64,000 nt of DNA from Eledone cirrhosa (taxonomy: Eukaryota): NCBI GenBank assembly GCA_964016885.1, contig OZ024743.1:108686001-108750000 (forward strand), given 5' to 3'. Below are positions 1 to 17,849 of the stretch, one piece after another (within the stretch, counting starts at the first letter, position 1; each line of letters begins with the position of its first letter). Below the pieces are notes generated by a model. It ran no database searches. It was not told where the DNA came from and saw only the letters and a program-made list of their open reading frames with translations. The position numbers and the translations under genes are program-made.

Positions 1-955
<955 letters not shown>

Positions 956-1387
956 CGTCAAAGTCTCATCAAATCAGAGGTGTAGAAATAAATATCAATT
1001 GTTCACGACGAAAATTCCAGTGCTCTTTCTTCCATTCCGTTCTGCTGCCTTCCTTACAGATGCAGTTTTAAACCCTTACCTCAAGCCGCCAACTACACCT
1101 TAAAGCCAAATCATATGTACAGGACGAGTGTACACATTTCGGATGTCACTTGTGTGCTTAGTAAAGGCATGTATGTTGCACCGGTGAATAAAATGTTCTA
1201 TATCATATATACACACATATTATGACAGTTCCACTTTATTACACACAAAATACATATATATGTAGGTATATACCATCACAAATATATATATACTTACGGA
1301 TAAAAAACGTAAAAGAACACAATGATATATATATATATACCTATATGTATAGACACTCACACACACACACTCACCCATACACACACG

Positions 1388-1420
<33 letters not shown>

Positions 1421-1695
1421 TGGTTTACGAAGCTAGATGTATATATTAATAAATATATCATGTCATAAGCACACAGCCTTTGTATTTAATGAAGTAAATT
1501 TTGTGTTAAAAAAAAGTATCTGATTAATTACCAGTTAAATTGTAAATATTTAATATATGGCACCGAACTGCAATTGATCAGAAAACGTCGCTCCATTACG
1601 CATACACAATGACGAACATAAATATATAGATATAAATTTACGTACACACATTTACATGAATACTCACATACACATTCATATATGTATGTATGTAT

Positions 1696-1786
<91 letters not shown>

Positions 1787-1794
1787 TATGGATG

Positions 1795-1854
<60 letters not shown>

Positions 1855-3146
1855 AAATAAGATGTCGCTTCAGGCATAGCTCTATACAATATATATAGAC
1901 ATTTCGTATTTCTAAAGAAATACGGTTTTAGGAAGCAGTAGCTAATACTCTCAGGTGGTGTCAGGCTTGACTGGCCTTCGTCAGGACATCCTTCCCACCG
2001 CTATATATATATATATACATATTTATAGAGATAAATATAATTAAATATATTAAAGGATGATAATATCGTACCTTTTAATATATCTATCGATCTATATATC
2101 AATTTATTTAACTATCTAACTATCCATCTATGTACGCCATTTTCTGTGTATTCATATATATATAAATGTAAATATATATATGCATGTTAGTATGTGTGTG
2201 TGCATGTATATATATATATGCATACATACATACACACACACACGCATATATATATATATATTGGTGTGTCTGCCTGTTTTTCTGTGTGTGTGTATATTTG
2301 AGTGTGTGTGTGTGTGTGTATGTGCTGATTGTACATATGCCATAATTTTGACGCGCTTATGTCGAAATTTAGCTCGCTCTTGAAATGAGTTTCGTACGCA
2401 TGACAGCATTTGTATTTGTTTTTCATTCATTTCATATCAGTGCCAGTATTTATATCAAACAATACCACAAAAATCAGTTCGTGATTGTTCTAACATTAAA
2501 TAATAATACGAGTAATATTGCTTTCTTTGTTTTTTTTTTCTGTTGACCCTAATATTTGTCACAGTTTATATCCATTTGAAATAATCTGAAAATGAAAAAA
2601 GATCGAATGAAAAGAGAAACACATTTGCTTCAGTTTAAATATCACAATTCAGATTATAATTTGAATCCGAAATAATCTTTTGATGCTTAAGTGCATATAA
2701 AGCTTGTGGTCGTAAGAGAAAGTTATGGATGACGGTGAAATAAATATTGCTACATTTGGTATGGCGATTAACACACTTATTATTAACGCATTTAGATGGA
2801 AAAATAGCACACACTCACAAATTCTCTAATACACAATCGCACACAAATATTTGTGCGAGACATTGAAATTTGAATAACATTTTGTGCAGATATATTTTTA
2901 ATACATTTTTGTATCCATATTCTACAAACAAAATTACATTGTTCGAACGGTTTTCCATGCAGCGAAAGTCAATTTGAGTATAGATTGAAATACTTACTAT
3001 GGGAATGTGAAAGTAGTCAAAATTGAGTTGACATTCTATTTGATTTAACTAAGAAACAGGTGTACATCAGCACGGAATTCAGCAATAATAATAGTTCTAC
3101 TGGCGATTAACAAACATTAATAAATTACACACACACACACACACAT

Positions 3147-3182
<36 letters not shown>

Positions 3183-3469
3183 TTACAGGTTAATTTTTTA
3201 CACATTGGTAGAGAATGCATTCGGTCCAGAATACCCTACGTACATTGATGAAGCCTAAGCAAAACCAGGAGTGTATTTAATACACCTTAGTCTCTGCTTT
3301 GAACATTAACCATTCATTGGATTGCTAAAATCTATCTCATACAAACACAGGCACACATACACACAGATACAACTACACACGAATATATAGATATGTTCTC
3401 ATACACAGACATGAACAAATGTATATACATGCACATATCTATATTTATGTGCATAAAAATATATGTATG

Positions 3470-7910
<4,441 letters not shown>

Positions 7911-8816
7911 AACACTCATATTCAGATAAAAGATATTTCAAGAATTTCAACCTTTAAAACAAAAAAAGATAATCATATAGATTCGCAAAAAAAAATACAA
8001 AAAAAAAAAACAGAAAGAAACGAACGGAAAATATTGTTACCATGAATCAGTTCAAATGTAAAATTGTTTCTTTTTTGTTGTTCAGTTTGCTTTATTCTTC
8101 ATTTATACTGGAAGAAGGAAAAAAATATGACCCTCTTGATTATCATTTTATTTTTGTTTTCAAAATTTCCCTCAAGCAAAGAAACTCATGTATAAAGTGG
8201 TCATAACGAAAATAAAAAAATACATATATATATATAATAATAACATTAACAATGATGATAAAAGAAATCTGCAAACACATACAACATTGAAATGAAGAAA
8301 AGAAGCATCTCAGAACACGAACAAAAAAAGGAAGAAAACTAAAGCAAAAAAAAGAAAAAATACAAAAGGACTTCAACAAAAAACAATCCTATAAGAAAAT
8401 ACATACGAAACCCAAAAAAAAAACGAAAAACAAAAACAAAAACAAAAGAATCTCAGAGACTAGATTTATTGAAATTATATTATACTGCGATTTAAAATTT
8501 CTATTTTAAGAGCCTATTTTAGTCCATTTACCTAGATATATATTAACAATCTGAAGTATCTTTGAAGAAAAATACCAAGACAAAAGAAAATTATTACAAA
8601 GAACATATAAAACAAAACAAGATATAACAATATGAGATTGAACTGTACTTCAAATATGGGGGAAAAATTCAACCAAGAATTATAAAGAAATAAATAAAAA
8701 GTGTCTAATGAACCTAAATTTGTCCTTGATTTCCAGCAAACGGTCTAAGAAATTGAGTTTTACATTTTAATGCTTTATCAGAAAATGTTCTTCGATATTC
8801 GATACATGTTCACTGA

Positions 8817-8870
<54 letters not shown>

Positions 8871-9417
8871 TGTGCGTGTGTGTGTGTTTCTGTGGGTGTA
8901 TGTATATATACATACTTATGTATAAATATTTTCTCTGTTTATTCGATTATTTTAGATTTAAAGGGAATTCTCGGTTTCACTTGATATACGATTTCATGAT
9001 TCAATATCCCTACTCTAGTTTTGATTAAACATATTGAACATCAACCAGGACGTTGGGTGAGTTATTTTGTTTTCAGATTGGACAGTATGAATCTCGCGTT
9101 TGCATGATGTTAATTGAGATAATCCACTTGTTATTTAAGAGCCCCATTTCCAGTTCTTATGTATCTTTTCTTCAGCTTGTTGCTTGTCAATTTTGCAATG
9201 AACTCTTTCACCCGCACAAAGGTTTTTTTCCCAAATCCATTGAAAATGTCTTGCTTTCTTCTCTTCTCCGATCTCTATGATCACGAGTAGAAATATCCTC
9301 ATCCATATTGTCAATCATTCTTTCAGCTTGACCCTGCTCTGTTTTATTTATGATACATTCAATTTGTTATGAAAATTCTGCTGGAGACAACATAGTCAAT
9401 GCATTAATTTCATTCGT

Positions 9418-9442
9418 CTTCTTCTTATTATTATTATTGTTG

Positions 9443-9485
<43 letters not shown>

Positions 9486-9889
9486 AGTTGCATTTATCTT
9501 GCTTTATGTTCATACGAGTTATCACCAAGTCACAACTAGTGACCGCAAGAGACAACAAGGTCCGCCATGTTCAAGAAAGAACATACATACTCACATATGC
9601 ATCTTTAGTGTTTAGACTTGTGATGTACTTATATTGACAGAATCTTCCTTAGTATATGGGCAGTTCCCATTAGTACTATATTTTGTATTTCTCCTATACG
9701 CGGGTTTCCTGGGATTTGCGATAAGTAATCAATAGACCCCTTAGGTATCATTCCCAGAGCGCCTACAACCACTGGTATTATTTTAGTTCTCAATTTCCAC
9801 ATTTTTCCAATTTCTATCTCCAGGTCCTTATACTTGCTCAATTTTTCAAATGTTTTTTATAAATACATTCTTGTCTATTGGAACAGACA

Positions 9890-9891
<2 letters not shown>
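9418..9891 (-). mobile_element. R4/Dong-type non-LTR retrotransposon, short 3' fragment (copy A, distinct subfamily) with (TAA)n tail
   Basis: The minus strand reads MSVPIDKNV...SKYKDLEIEIGKMWKLRTKIIPVVVGALG...ILRKILSI* (C-terminus of a restriction-like endonuclease), then a ~145 bp 3' UTR and a (TAA)n tail at 9426-9483. Confidence 0.85.
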
Positions 9892-9921
<30 letters not shown>

Positions 9922-11930
9922 TTATTATTGTTCTTTGAGTCTCAGTCATTGATGTTAGTTAACTGGAAAGTTTGTTGAAATGAATATCAAGCCATTACCT
10001 GCAGCCTCAGATATTCAGGATGTATCGGGGGGTTCTTGGGCAGGCTACATCTACAATCAGGCACGATCTTTGTTCCTTGTCCAAACCACAAGGTCTGGTC
10101 TATTGTGTTCCAGTTTCTTGTCCCTCTGTATCCTAAAATCCCATAGCCGCTTCACCTGATCGTTTTCCATCACCGACTCTGGCTTATGCTCATACCACTT
10201 CTCAGAATGTGGTAAATTGTTTACTTTGTATAGGTGCCAGTGGATCCTATCGGGGGGTTCTTGCTGTTCCCAGCAACCATGCCTTTGAGGCGTTCCAAAA
10301 AGCGTGGCGGGGCCAATTTTCTTTAACCATCATTGGAAACTTTTTGAGATAGTACCTAGCGCACCTATGACAATCGGGACCACTTTGACTTCATGGCAGT
10401 TCCAAATCCTTTTTACCTCCCACTTTAAGTCCTGGCATCGGTTAATTTTCTCCCTCTCCTTCTCTTGCACTTTCGTGTCAAATGGGCAGGCCACATCCAC
10501 AATCAGACACGATCTTTTTTCCTTGTCCAAAACCAACAGGTCAGGTCTATTGTGTTCCAGTTTCTTGTCCGTCTGTATCGTAAAATCCCACAGCACTTTC
10601 ACCTGATCGTTTTCTACCACCAACTCTGGCTTATGCTCATACCACTTCTCAGAATATGGTAAATTGTTTACTGTGCATAGGCGCCAGTGGATTACCTGCC
10701 CATCATATCATGTCTTCAGCCCTTATAGTGAGTCTGGGCTAGGTGTTTACACTCGGATACAATGTGAGCCACAGTCTCCTCTCTCTCTCTACACAGATCC
10801 TGCACAGTGGGCTAGCCTCCTCCTTGTAAATATGGTGTTTCAACCACTTCGTTTTGAGGGCCTGCTCTTGCGCAGCCATTAGCATTCCTTCTGTAGCCTT
10901 TTTAAGGTCTCCTCTTTTCAACCAGTTCCATGTCTGTGGATCTCTGAATTCAGTTTTCTCAAAGAAGGTACTATGAAGGGATTTTTCATGAAGGCTGCTC
11001 TTTCTCCTTGTTGTTATTTCCTCCTTGGGCATCCGCTGGTCTGTTGTCCCCTCCTTCAGTACAGTTCTGAGCATTGGCTCCTTACTATCAGTCACGTATA
11101 TGTGTAGGTTGTTTTTCTCCATCTGAACACAGTCCTCTATGCTGATAAGACCTCTTCCACCCTCAGATTTCCTTAAGTAGAGTCTATCGACATCACTCCT
11201 CTTGTGGAACATGTTGTAGATAGCCAATAGCTTCCTAGTCTTCCTATCCATTTCTTTTTGTTCAGCAACCTTCCATCTCAGAATTCCCGCACTGTACCTA
11301 ATAATAGACACAGCTCGGGAATTTACTGGGTATCAGGGCAAGGACAAACAACAGAGGGGACAGGCTATCTCCCTGGAAGATACCTCTCTTGATCTTCACG
11401 CCCCCAAGGATTCTCCAGTTGATGTCAACTCTGTTTCCCAGGACCTCATACTTTTGCCCAACAACTGTCTGATGTTATCTGCAACCTTGAAGATCTCCAG
11501 GCTTTTGGTGATCCAAGAATGAGGCACCATGTCAAATGCCTTTCTGTAGTCTATCCATCCCATGGCAAGACCAGTGTGTCTCCTCCTGCAATTACCCATT
11601 ACCATCTTATCAATAAGTAACTGGTCCTTTGTACCACGTGACTTCTTTCGGCATCCTTTCTGTTCGTCCGGTAACAAGTTGTTTGTGTGGAGGTGATGGT
11701 AGATTTCCTCAGACATAATGCTTGTCAACAGTGTACACTTTACGGACAGACATGTGATAGGTCTATAGTTGGTAACATCATTACCCTTGATTCGGTATTT
11801 CATTATCAGAACTGTGGTACCTTTTGTCAACCACTCTGGTACCTTACCTGACATCAAGCAGTCATTGAACATGGCTGTCAGTTTCGGGTGGAGGGATGTT
11901 ATATTTTTAATCCAATACCCCTGCACACCA
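9892..11930 (-). mobile_element. R4/Dong-type non-LTR retrotransposon, 5'-truncated, internally deleted and rearranged (copy B)
   Basis: ORF pieces 11396-11926 (NYRPITCL, QKGC, GTKDQLLID, WIDYRKAFD), 10739-11311 (RLYL..SEGGRGL, AAQEQAL, CRIC) and 10330-10623 (NRPDLLVLD, VDVACPFD). About 0.4 kb including the RT xxDD motif is missing at ~11330. (TAA)n tail at 9892-9930. Confidence 0.93.
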
Positions 11931-14900
11931 TTATTATTATTATTATTATTATTATTGTTATTATTATTATTATTATTTTTATTATTATTATTCTTTGAGT
12001 CTCAATCATTGATGTTATTTAACTGGAAAGTTTGTTGAATGGAATATGAAGCCGCTACCTGCAGCCTCAGATATTCAGGACGTATCGGAGGGTTATTGCT
12101 GTTCCCTGCAAGCATGGCTTTTTGAAGTGTTCCAAAAAGCGGGTCTGGACTAATTTTCTTGAACCATCCTTGGAAACTCTTTGAGATAGTACCTAGTGCG
12201 CCTATGACAATCGGGACGACTCTGACTTCTTGGCAGTTCCTAATCCTTTTTACATCCAACATTAAGTCCCGGTATCGGTTAATTTTCTCCCTCTCCTTTT
12301 CTTGCACTCTCGGGTCAAATGGGCAGGCTACATCTACAATCAGGCACGATCTTTGTTCCTTGTCCAAACCACAAGGTCTGGTCTATTGTGTTCCAGTTTC
12401 TTGTCCGTCTGTATCCTAAAATCCCATAGCCGCTTCACCTGATCGTTTTCCATCACCGACTCTGGCTTATGCTCATACCACTTCTCAGAATGTGGTAAAT
12501 TGTTTACTTTGTATAGGTGCCAGTGGATCACTCTGCCCATCACATCATGTCTCCAGCCTTTATAGTGAGTCTGGGCTAGGTATTTACACTCGGATACAAT
12601 GTGAGCCACAGTCTCCTCTCTCTCTCCACAGATCCTACATAGTGGGCTAGCCGCCTACTTGTAAATATGGTGTTTCACCCACTTCGTTCTGAGGGCCTGC
12701 ACTTGCGCGGCCATTAGAATTCCTTCTGTAGCCTTTTTAAGTCTCCTCTTTTTAACCAGTTCCATGTTGTGGATCCCTAAATTCAGTTTTCTAAAAGAAG
12801 GTACTATGAAGAGATTTTTAATGAAGGTTGCTCTTCCTCCTTGTTATTATTTCCTCCTTGGACATCCCCTGGTCTATTGTCCTCTCCTTCAGTACAATTA
12901 TGAGCATTTGCTCCCTACTGTCAGTCACTTATTTGTGTAGGTTGTTTTTCTCAATCTGAACACAGTCCTCTAATCTGATAAGACCTCTTCCACCTTCAGA
13001 TCTCCTTAAGTATAGTCTATCGACATCACTCCTCTTTGGGAACATGTTGTAGATAGTCAATAACATCCTAGTCTTCCTATCCATTTCTTTTTGTTCAGCA
13101 ACATTCCATTTCAGAATTCCAGCACTGTACCTAATAATAGACACAGCTCGGGAATTCACTGCACTTATAACATTCCTACTATTTAGATGTGATTTTAATA
13201 CGCTCCTTACTCTCGTAATGTACTCAGATCTTATCGATTCCTTCATTTTTTTGTTCTTGATGTAATCTGCCTCAAGAACACCTAAATATTTGGATCCTTC
13301 TTCAGCGTCAATTTCCTTAATCATCTCACCTGTTGGACCTGGATTCCGTTGCTTCTGCTCAATTTACGCCTATTCATCACTAGGCCTTCACACTTATTGA
13401 TACCAAATTGCATACATATATCATTGCTGAAAATACGGACAGTGTCAACAAGTACATCCAACTCCCTCTCACTCTTCCCAAAAAGAGTTTAAGATCGTCC
13501 ATGTGGTTGATGGTAAGCTCTCCTTTTCCCAGCTCGTATCCTGCTCTCACTTTTCGCAGTATAATGGTCAGGGTTATCAGAGCAAGGAAAAACAACAGAG
13601 GGGACAAACTATCTCCCTGGAATATACCTCTCTTGATCTTCACGCCTCCCAAGGATTCTCCACTCGATGTTAACTCTGTTTCCCAGGACTTCATACTTTT
13701 GCTCAACAACTCTCTGATGTTATCTGCCACCTTGAAGATCTCTAGGCTTTTGGTGATCCAAGAATGAGGTACCATGTCGAATGCCTTTTTGTAATCTATC
13801 CATCCCATGGCAAGACCAGTGTGTCTCCTCTTGCAATTCTTCATTACCGTCTTATCAATAAGTAACTGATGTTTTTCACCACGGCACTTATTTCGGCGTC
13901 CTTTCTGTTCGTCCGGTAACAAGTTGTTTATGTGGAGGTGATGGTAGATTTCCTCAGACACAATACTTGTTAACAGTTTCCACATTACGGACAGACATAT
14001 GATAGGTCTATAGTTGGTAACATCATTACACTTGATTCGGTCTTTCATTTCCAGAACGGTGGTACCTTTTGTCAACAACTCTGGTACCTCACCCAACATC
14101 AAGCAGTCATTGAACATGGTTGTCAGTTTCGGGTGGAGGGATGTTATATTTTTAATCCAATACCCCTGCACACCATCTGGGCCTGGTGATTTCCAGTTGG
14201 ATAGTTATTTGGCCTGCCCTTTAAGAGTTTCAACTGTGATACTCAAATCAGTTTGTTGGTGTGTTTGTTCACTAATCTCCTTTTGTACTGTCCCAATCCA
14301 CACCGCCTGATCATATGTTCAACATCCTGCACCCATATTCCTCTCTTGAATGTCGTAGACTGTTCCGCCTCAGGCATCAAGTCGTTGCCTCTTTCTTTCC
14401 CTTCAAGCTGTCCAAACAACATCTTCTGGTTGTTGTCAAACATGCGGTTCTGTCTATACTGACTGACTATGCTCTCATACCGCCTTATCTTTGCCACTTT
14501 GCTACAATGCGTTGCTTCAGTTCCTCTATGATGATATTTAACTTTTTCATCCTAGTTTTGTACTTTATTTCCAGTCTATTTTCAGTGTCTATGTTTTGTA
14601 GTGTCCCATTCAGTAGGGACTCAAGCATTCCAATGTCGTTCCTCATTTCCTTGATTTGACCATTCAGTCGTTTCCTCCACCAAGGTTCTGATCTTTCCTG
14701 TTTGTTGTTTCCTCTCGTTTTTATGCCAAGTAATTTCCTCACCGCATTTGCTGTTGCTTTGAGGATATTGTTGCATTGGTGAAGGTTCCTCGCCTCAAGG
14801 CTTGGGATGACTTTGTTTACCTTAGCTGTTGTTTCTTTTAACTTTTTCGTGTCTACAAATCTTAGGTTCATAGGTTTCCCACTATCATTGTTCAATTCAT

Positions 14901-15575
14901 CTACCACTAAGTTTAGGATATCAACCAAATATTGTCCTAGCCCGTCAGCATTCATTTCCTCAATGGCCGTATCTTTGTTCCAGACGTTATTTATTTCAGC
15001 ATTCAGATCATTGTCTGCTTCGGATGCTTCCTCCGTTCTCTCAACCTCTTCACCTTCATTTCCCACTGGCTCGTTTACCTGGCATACTCCACTCTCCCTT
15101 TCTAACCTAACCTCTCTGCTCAGTTCCTCCAGTTCCAACTCGCTTATCCACCCATTAGTTCTTATTACCCTAGCCTGCCCGGCCAATTTTTGTTCACCTA
15201 ATTTAAATAGACAAGTCTCGGTCCAGATGTTATGCATCCGTTTCCTATAACCTTTTTCCTTCGGGTTACTCTTCAGGTAACATTACATGACAGTTCTATT
15301 AAATTCTTTCGTCCAGTTGGTTCTGGTCCATTTCCGTCTTCTTCTTCCTCCAACACCAGCAGTATTTGGATGACAGCCAGGTCCCTGCTGCTGGGCAGCG
15401 GGCACTAGCTGGGTGAGAGTCTGTCACATGACGTTCCAGTCTCCTCTTCACCGTTATTCGAACTGTTTAGCTTCGACATTTAAACACTCATATCGAGGAT
15501 TGGTGAATGTATGGTTACATAACCCCCAGTGATTTCATCACCCCCGTTGATTTTAGCGTGGCACCATCACGCTGT
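11931..15575 (-). mobile_element. R4/Dong-type non-LTR retrotransposon, near full-length but frameshifted (copy C)
   Basis: Probable ATG at 15479. Consecutive broken ORFs 14485-15237, 14243-14497, 13380-14171 (RT: GIFQGDSLSP, HMDDLKL), 12929-13324 (KYLGV), 12340-12609 (HIVSEC, RHD, NRPDL) and 12002-12367 (RLE). The 3' end ...GAGACTCAAAGAA runs into (TAA)n at 11931-11991. Confidence 0.95.
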
Positions 15576-15872
15576 AGATGAACATAAATGAATAAAAAAA
15601 GAAATAGATGAAAATTTAAAAAAATAAACATAAGTTTCATTGTAATGTTTGAATGTCTGACTTAGTATTTTTTTGTTTGTTTTTTCCTTTAAGTTTTTCG
15701 CTTTTAAAGGCCAGTAACATCGTTTACTAGTGTTGTTGTTGTTGCTGCTGCTGCTGTTTTTGATTTTAGCTACGTGGGAAGTAGGGGTTGTTGCGTTTAA
15801 CATTTTGAAATTTGTTGCTGTTGTTTTGTTTTTGTCTGTGTTCTGTTTTATAATCTTTTGACTTGTTGCTTA

Positions 15873-16050
15873 TGGCAGTATCGGTAGAGGGTCGGACGCC
15901 ATGCTTTGCAGCATAGAGTTGCCGCTCTTTATTATCTGAGTTCAAATCCCGCCGAGGTTAACTTTGCTTTTCATCCTTACGGGGTCGTTAAAATAAAGCA
16001 CCAGTAATACACCGGGATAATTGCTGGCCTTGTGCTAAAAGTAGAAACAT
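15873..16050 (+). mobile_element. tRNA-derived SINE, family 1
   Basis: A-box-like TGGCAGTATCGGTAGA, B-box GAGTTCAAATCCC, central ACTTTGCTTTTCATCCTTACGGGGTCG, and 3' TTGCTGGCCTTGTGCTAAAAGTAGAAAC with a TA/TTA tail. More than 10 related copies occur in the window. Confidence 0.88.
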
Positions 16051-16671
16051 GTATTATTATATTATAGTTTAGATTTGACATCGTTTAAACTAAACATTTT
16101 GAGAGAGTTTAGAGATACAACAACAATCATTATTTTGGTGTTGTTTTTGCTCTTAGCTGTTTGACCGGGTCACTAAATCAGTCTATTTATATCTTGTGAT
16201 GCCTTCCTCGCTTCTATTCATGTTTAGTGACACTACTACCATCCCTCTCTTAACAGGAGGTAGTGAGGGAATAGTCGTGGTAGCGATGATGCAGTGGTGG
16301 CGGTGGTGATAGGATAGTATTTCTATAGTGATGGTGTTGCTGCAGCCGTTGGTTTGTATTTTATTTGTGGTAGTGATGATGGTGACGGAGCATGTGGTGG
16401 TGTTTGTGGTGAAATTATTTGGCTGTTGTTTGTAACCATTTTCTTTTTTTACTATAACATTTCTGATAGAAAATTAAATATAAAATATTGGAGCCCTATG
16501 CCATAATGTGATGCGTCGTCACTTCCTGAGAGTTACGACTGGTATCTTATGTTCCATTTGTAATAAGAATTATTCTATCACAATTGTTTTAAATATGTAA
16601 TAAAGCAAAAATTTACGGGAGCGATTCCATAACACTCTATCCAGCATGTGCGTATCTTCCCTGTTCCTCTT

Positions 16672-16687
16672 CTTCTTCTTCTTCTTC

Positions 16688-16728
<41 letters not shown>

Positions 16729-17230
16729 GTTGTTCTTTGAGTCTCATTCATTGATGTTAGTTAACTGGAAAGTTTGTTGAAATGAGTATCAAGCAACTAC
16801 CTGCAGCCTCAGATATTCAGGACGTATCGGAGGGTTCTTGCTGTTCCCAGCAAGCATGCCTTTTGAAGCGTTCCAAAAAGCGTGGCGGGGCCAATTTTCT
16901 TTAACCATCCCTGGAATCTTTGTGAGATAGTAAACTTTTTGAGATAGTACCTAGTGCGCCTATGACAATGGGCACCCCTTTGACTTCATGGCAGTTCCAA
17001 ATCCTTTTTACCTCCCACTTTAAGTCCTGGTATCGGTTAATTTTCTCCCTCTCCTACTCTTACACTCTCGTGTCGAATGAGCAGGCCACATCCACAATCA
17101 GGCACGATCTTTATTCCTTGTCCAAAACCACCAGCTCAGGTCTATTGTGTTCCAGTTTCTTGTCCGTTTCTTGTCCGTCTGTATCCTAAAATCCCACAGC
17201 ACCTTCACTTCTTCTTATTATTATTATTAG
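16672..17230 (-). mobile_element. R4/Dong-type 3' fragment (copy D) in a (TTC)n(TTA)n target
   Basis: 16733-17207 closely matches the 3' ends of copies B and C. CTTCTTCTTATTATTATT flanks both sides. Confidence 0.9.
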
Positions 17231-17239
17231 TATTACTAT

Positions 17240-17325
17240 GTGTTGCAGTAGTTATGGCTCTTTACGTTCTGAGTTCAAATACCGACGAGGTTAACTTTGC
17301 CTTTCATCCGTATAGGGTCGATAAC
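17240..17325 (+). mobile_element. SINE family 1, internal fragment
   Basis: GAGTTCAAATACCGACGAGGTTAACTTTGCCTTTCATCCGTATAGGGTCGATAA. Confidence 0.8.
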
Positions 17326-17327
17326 AG

Positions 17328-17620
17328 AATGCACCCAACTTTCTAACTGCTCCCAGCGCGCCAACCACAATCGTTATCACTTCTAAGTGTCTGATTCTCC
17401 ACAGTTTCCTAATTTATTTCTCCAACTCATGGTATTTCTCAACATTCTCACTTTCCTTCTCTTTCACCCTGCTGTCACCCTGCTGTTACATGCCTTGTTA
17501 TTCTTCTATTGTACAACAATGTCAGGGTTTCTACCCACGATGAAATGGTCACACTGTATTGTCATGTTCCAGAAGATCTTATCCTTTTGATTTACAGCCA
17601 CGGTTTTGTTCATACTATTT
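17328..17620 (-). mobile_element. Old R4/Dong-type RLE fragment (copy E)
   Basis: The minus strand reads ...GDSRVKEKESENVEKYHELEK*IRKLWRIRHLEVITIVVGALGAVRKL, homologous to the C-termini of copies A-D. Confidence 0.7.
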
Positions 17621-17849
17621 CTCACTTCTGTTCATGTCCTATTTATGACAGAGCCTCCAATGAACCAATCTGGCAATTGTGTATAATTAGATTTGATTTT
17701 CTTTCAGCAATTTATCAAAATTCATTGTGATTGCCTTTAAGGTCACATTGACTAATTGTATTACTTCCACACTTTTCATATCTTACATTGCGAGATTTCA
17801 TACTTCTGGGGGTCGTAATTTGTGCAATTTTCTTCTTCATTCTGTCTAT

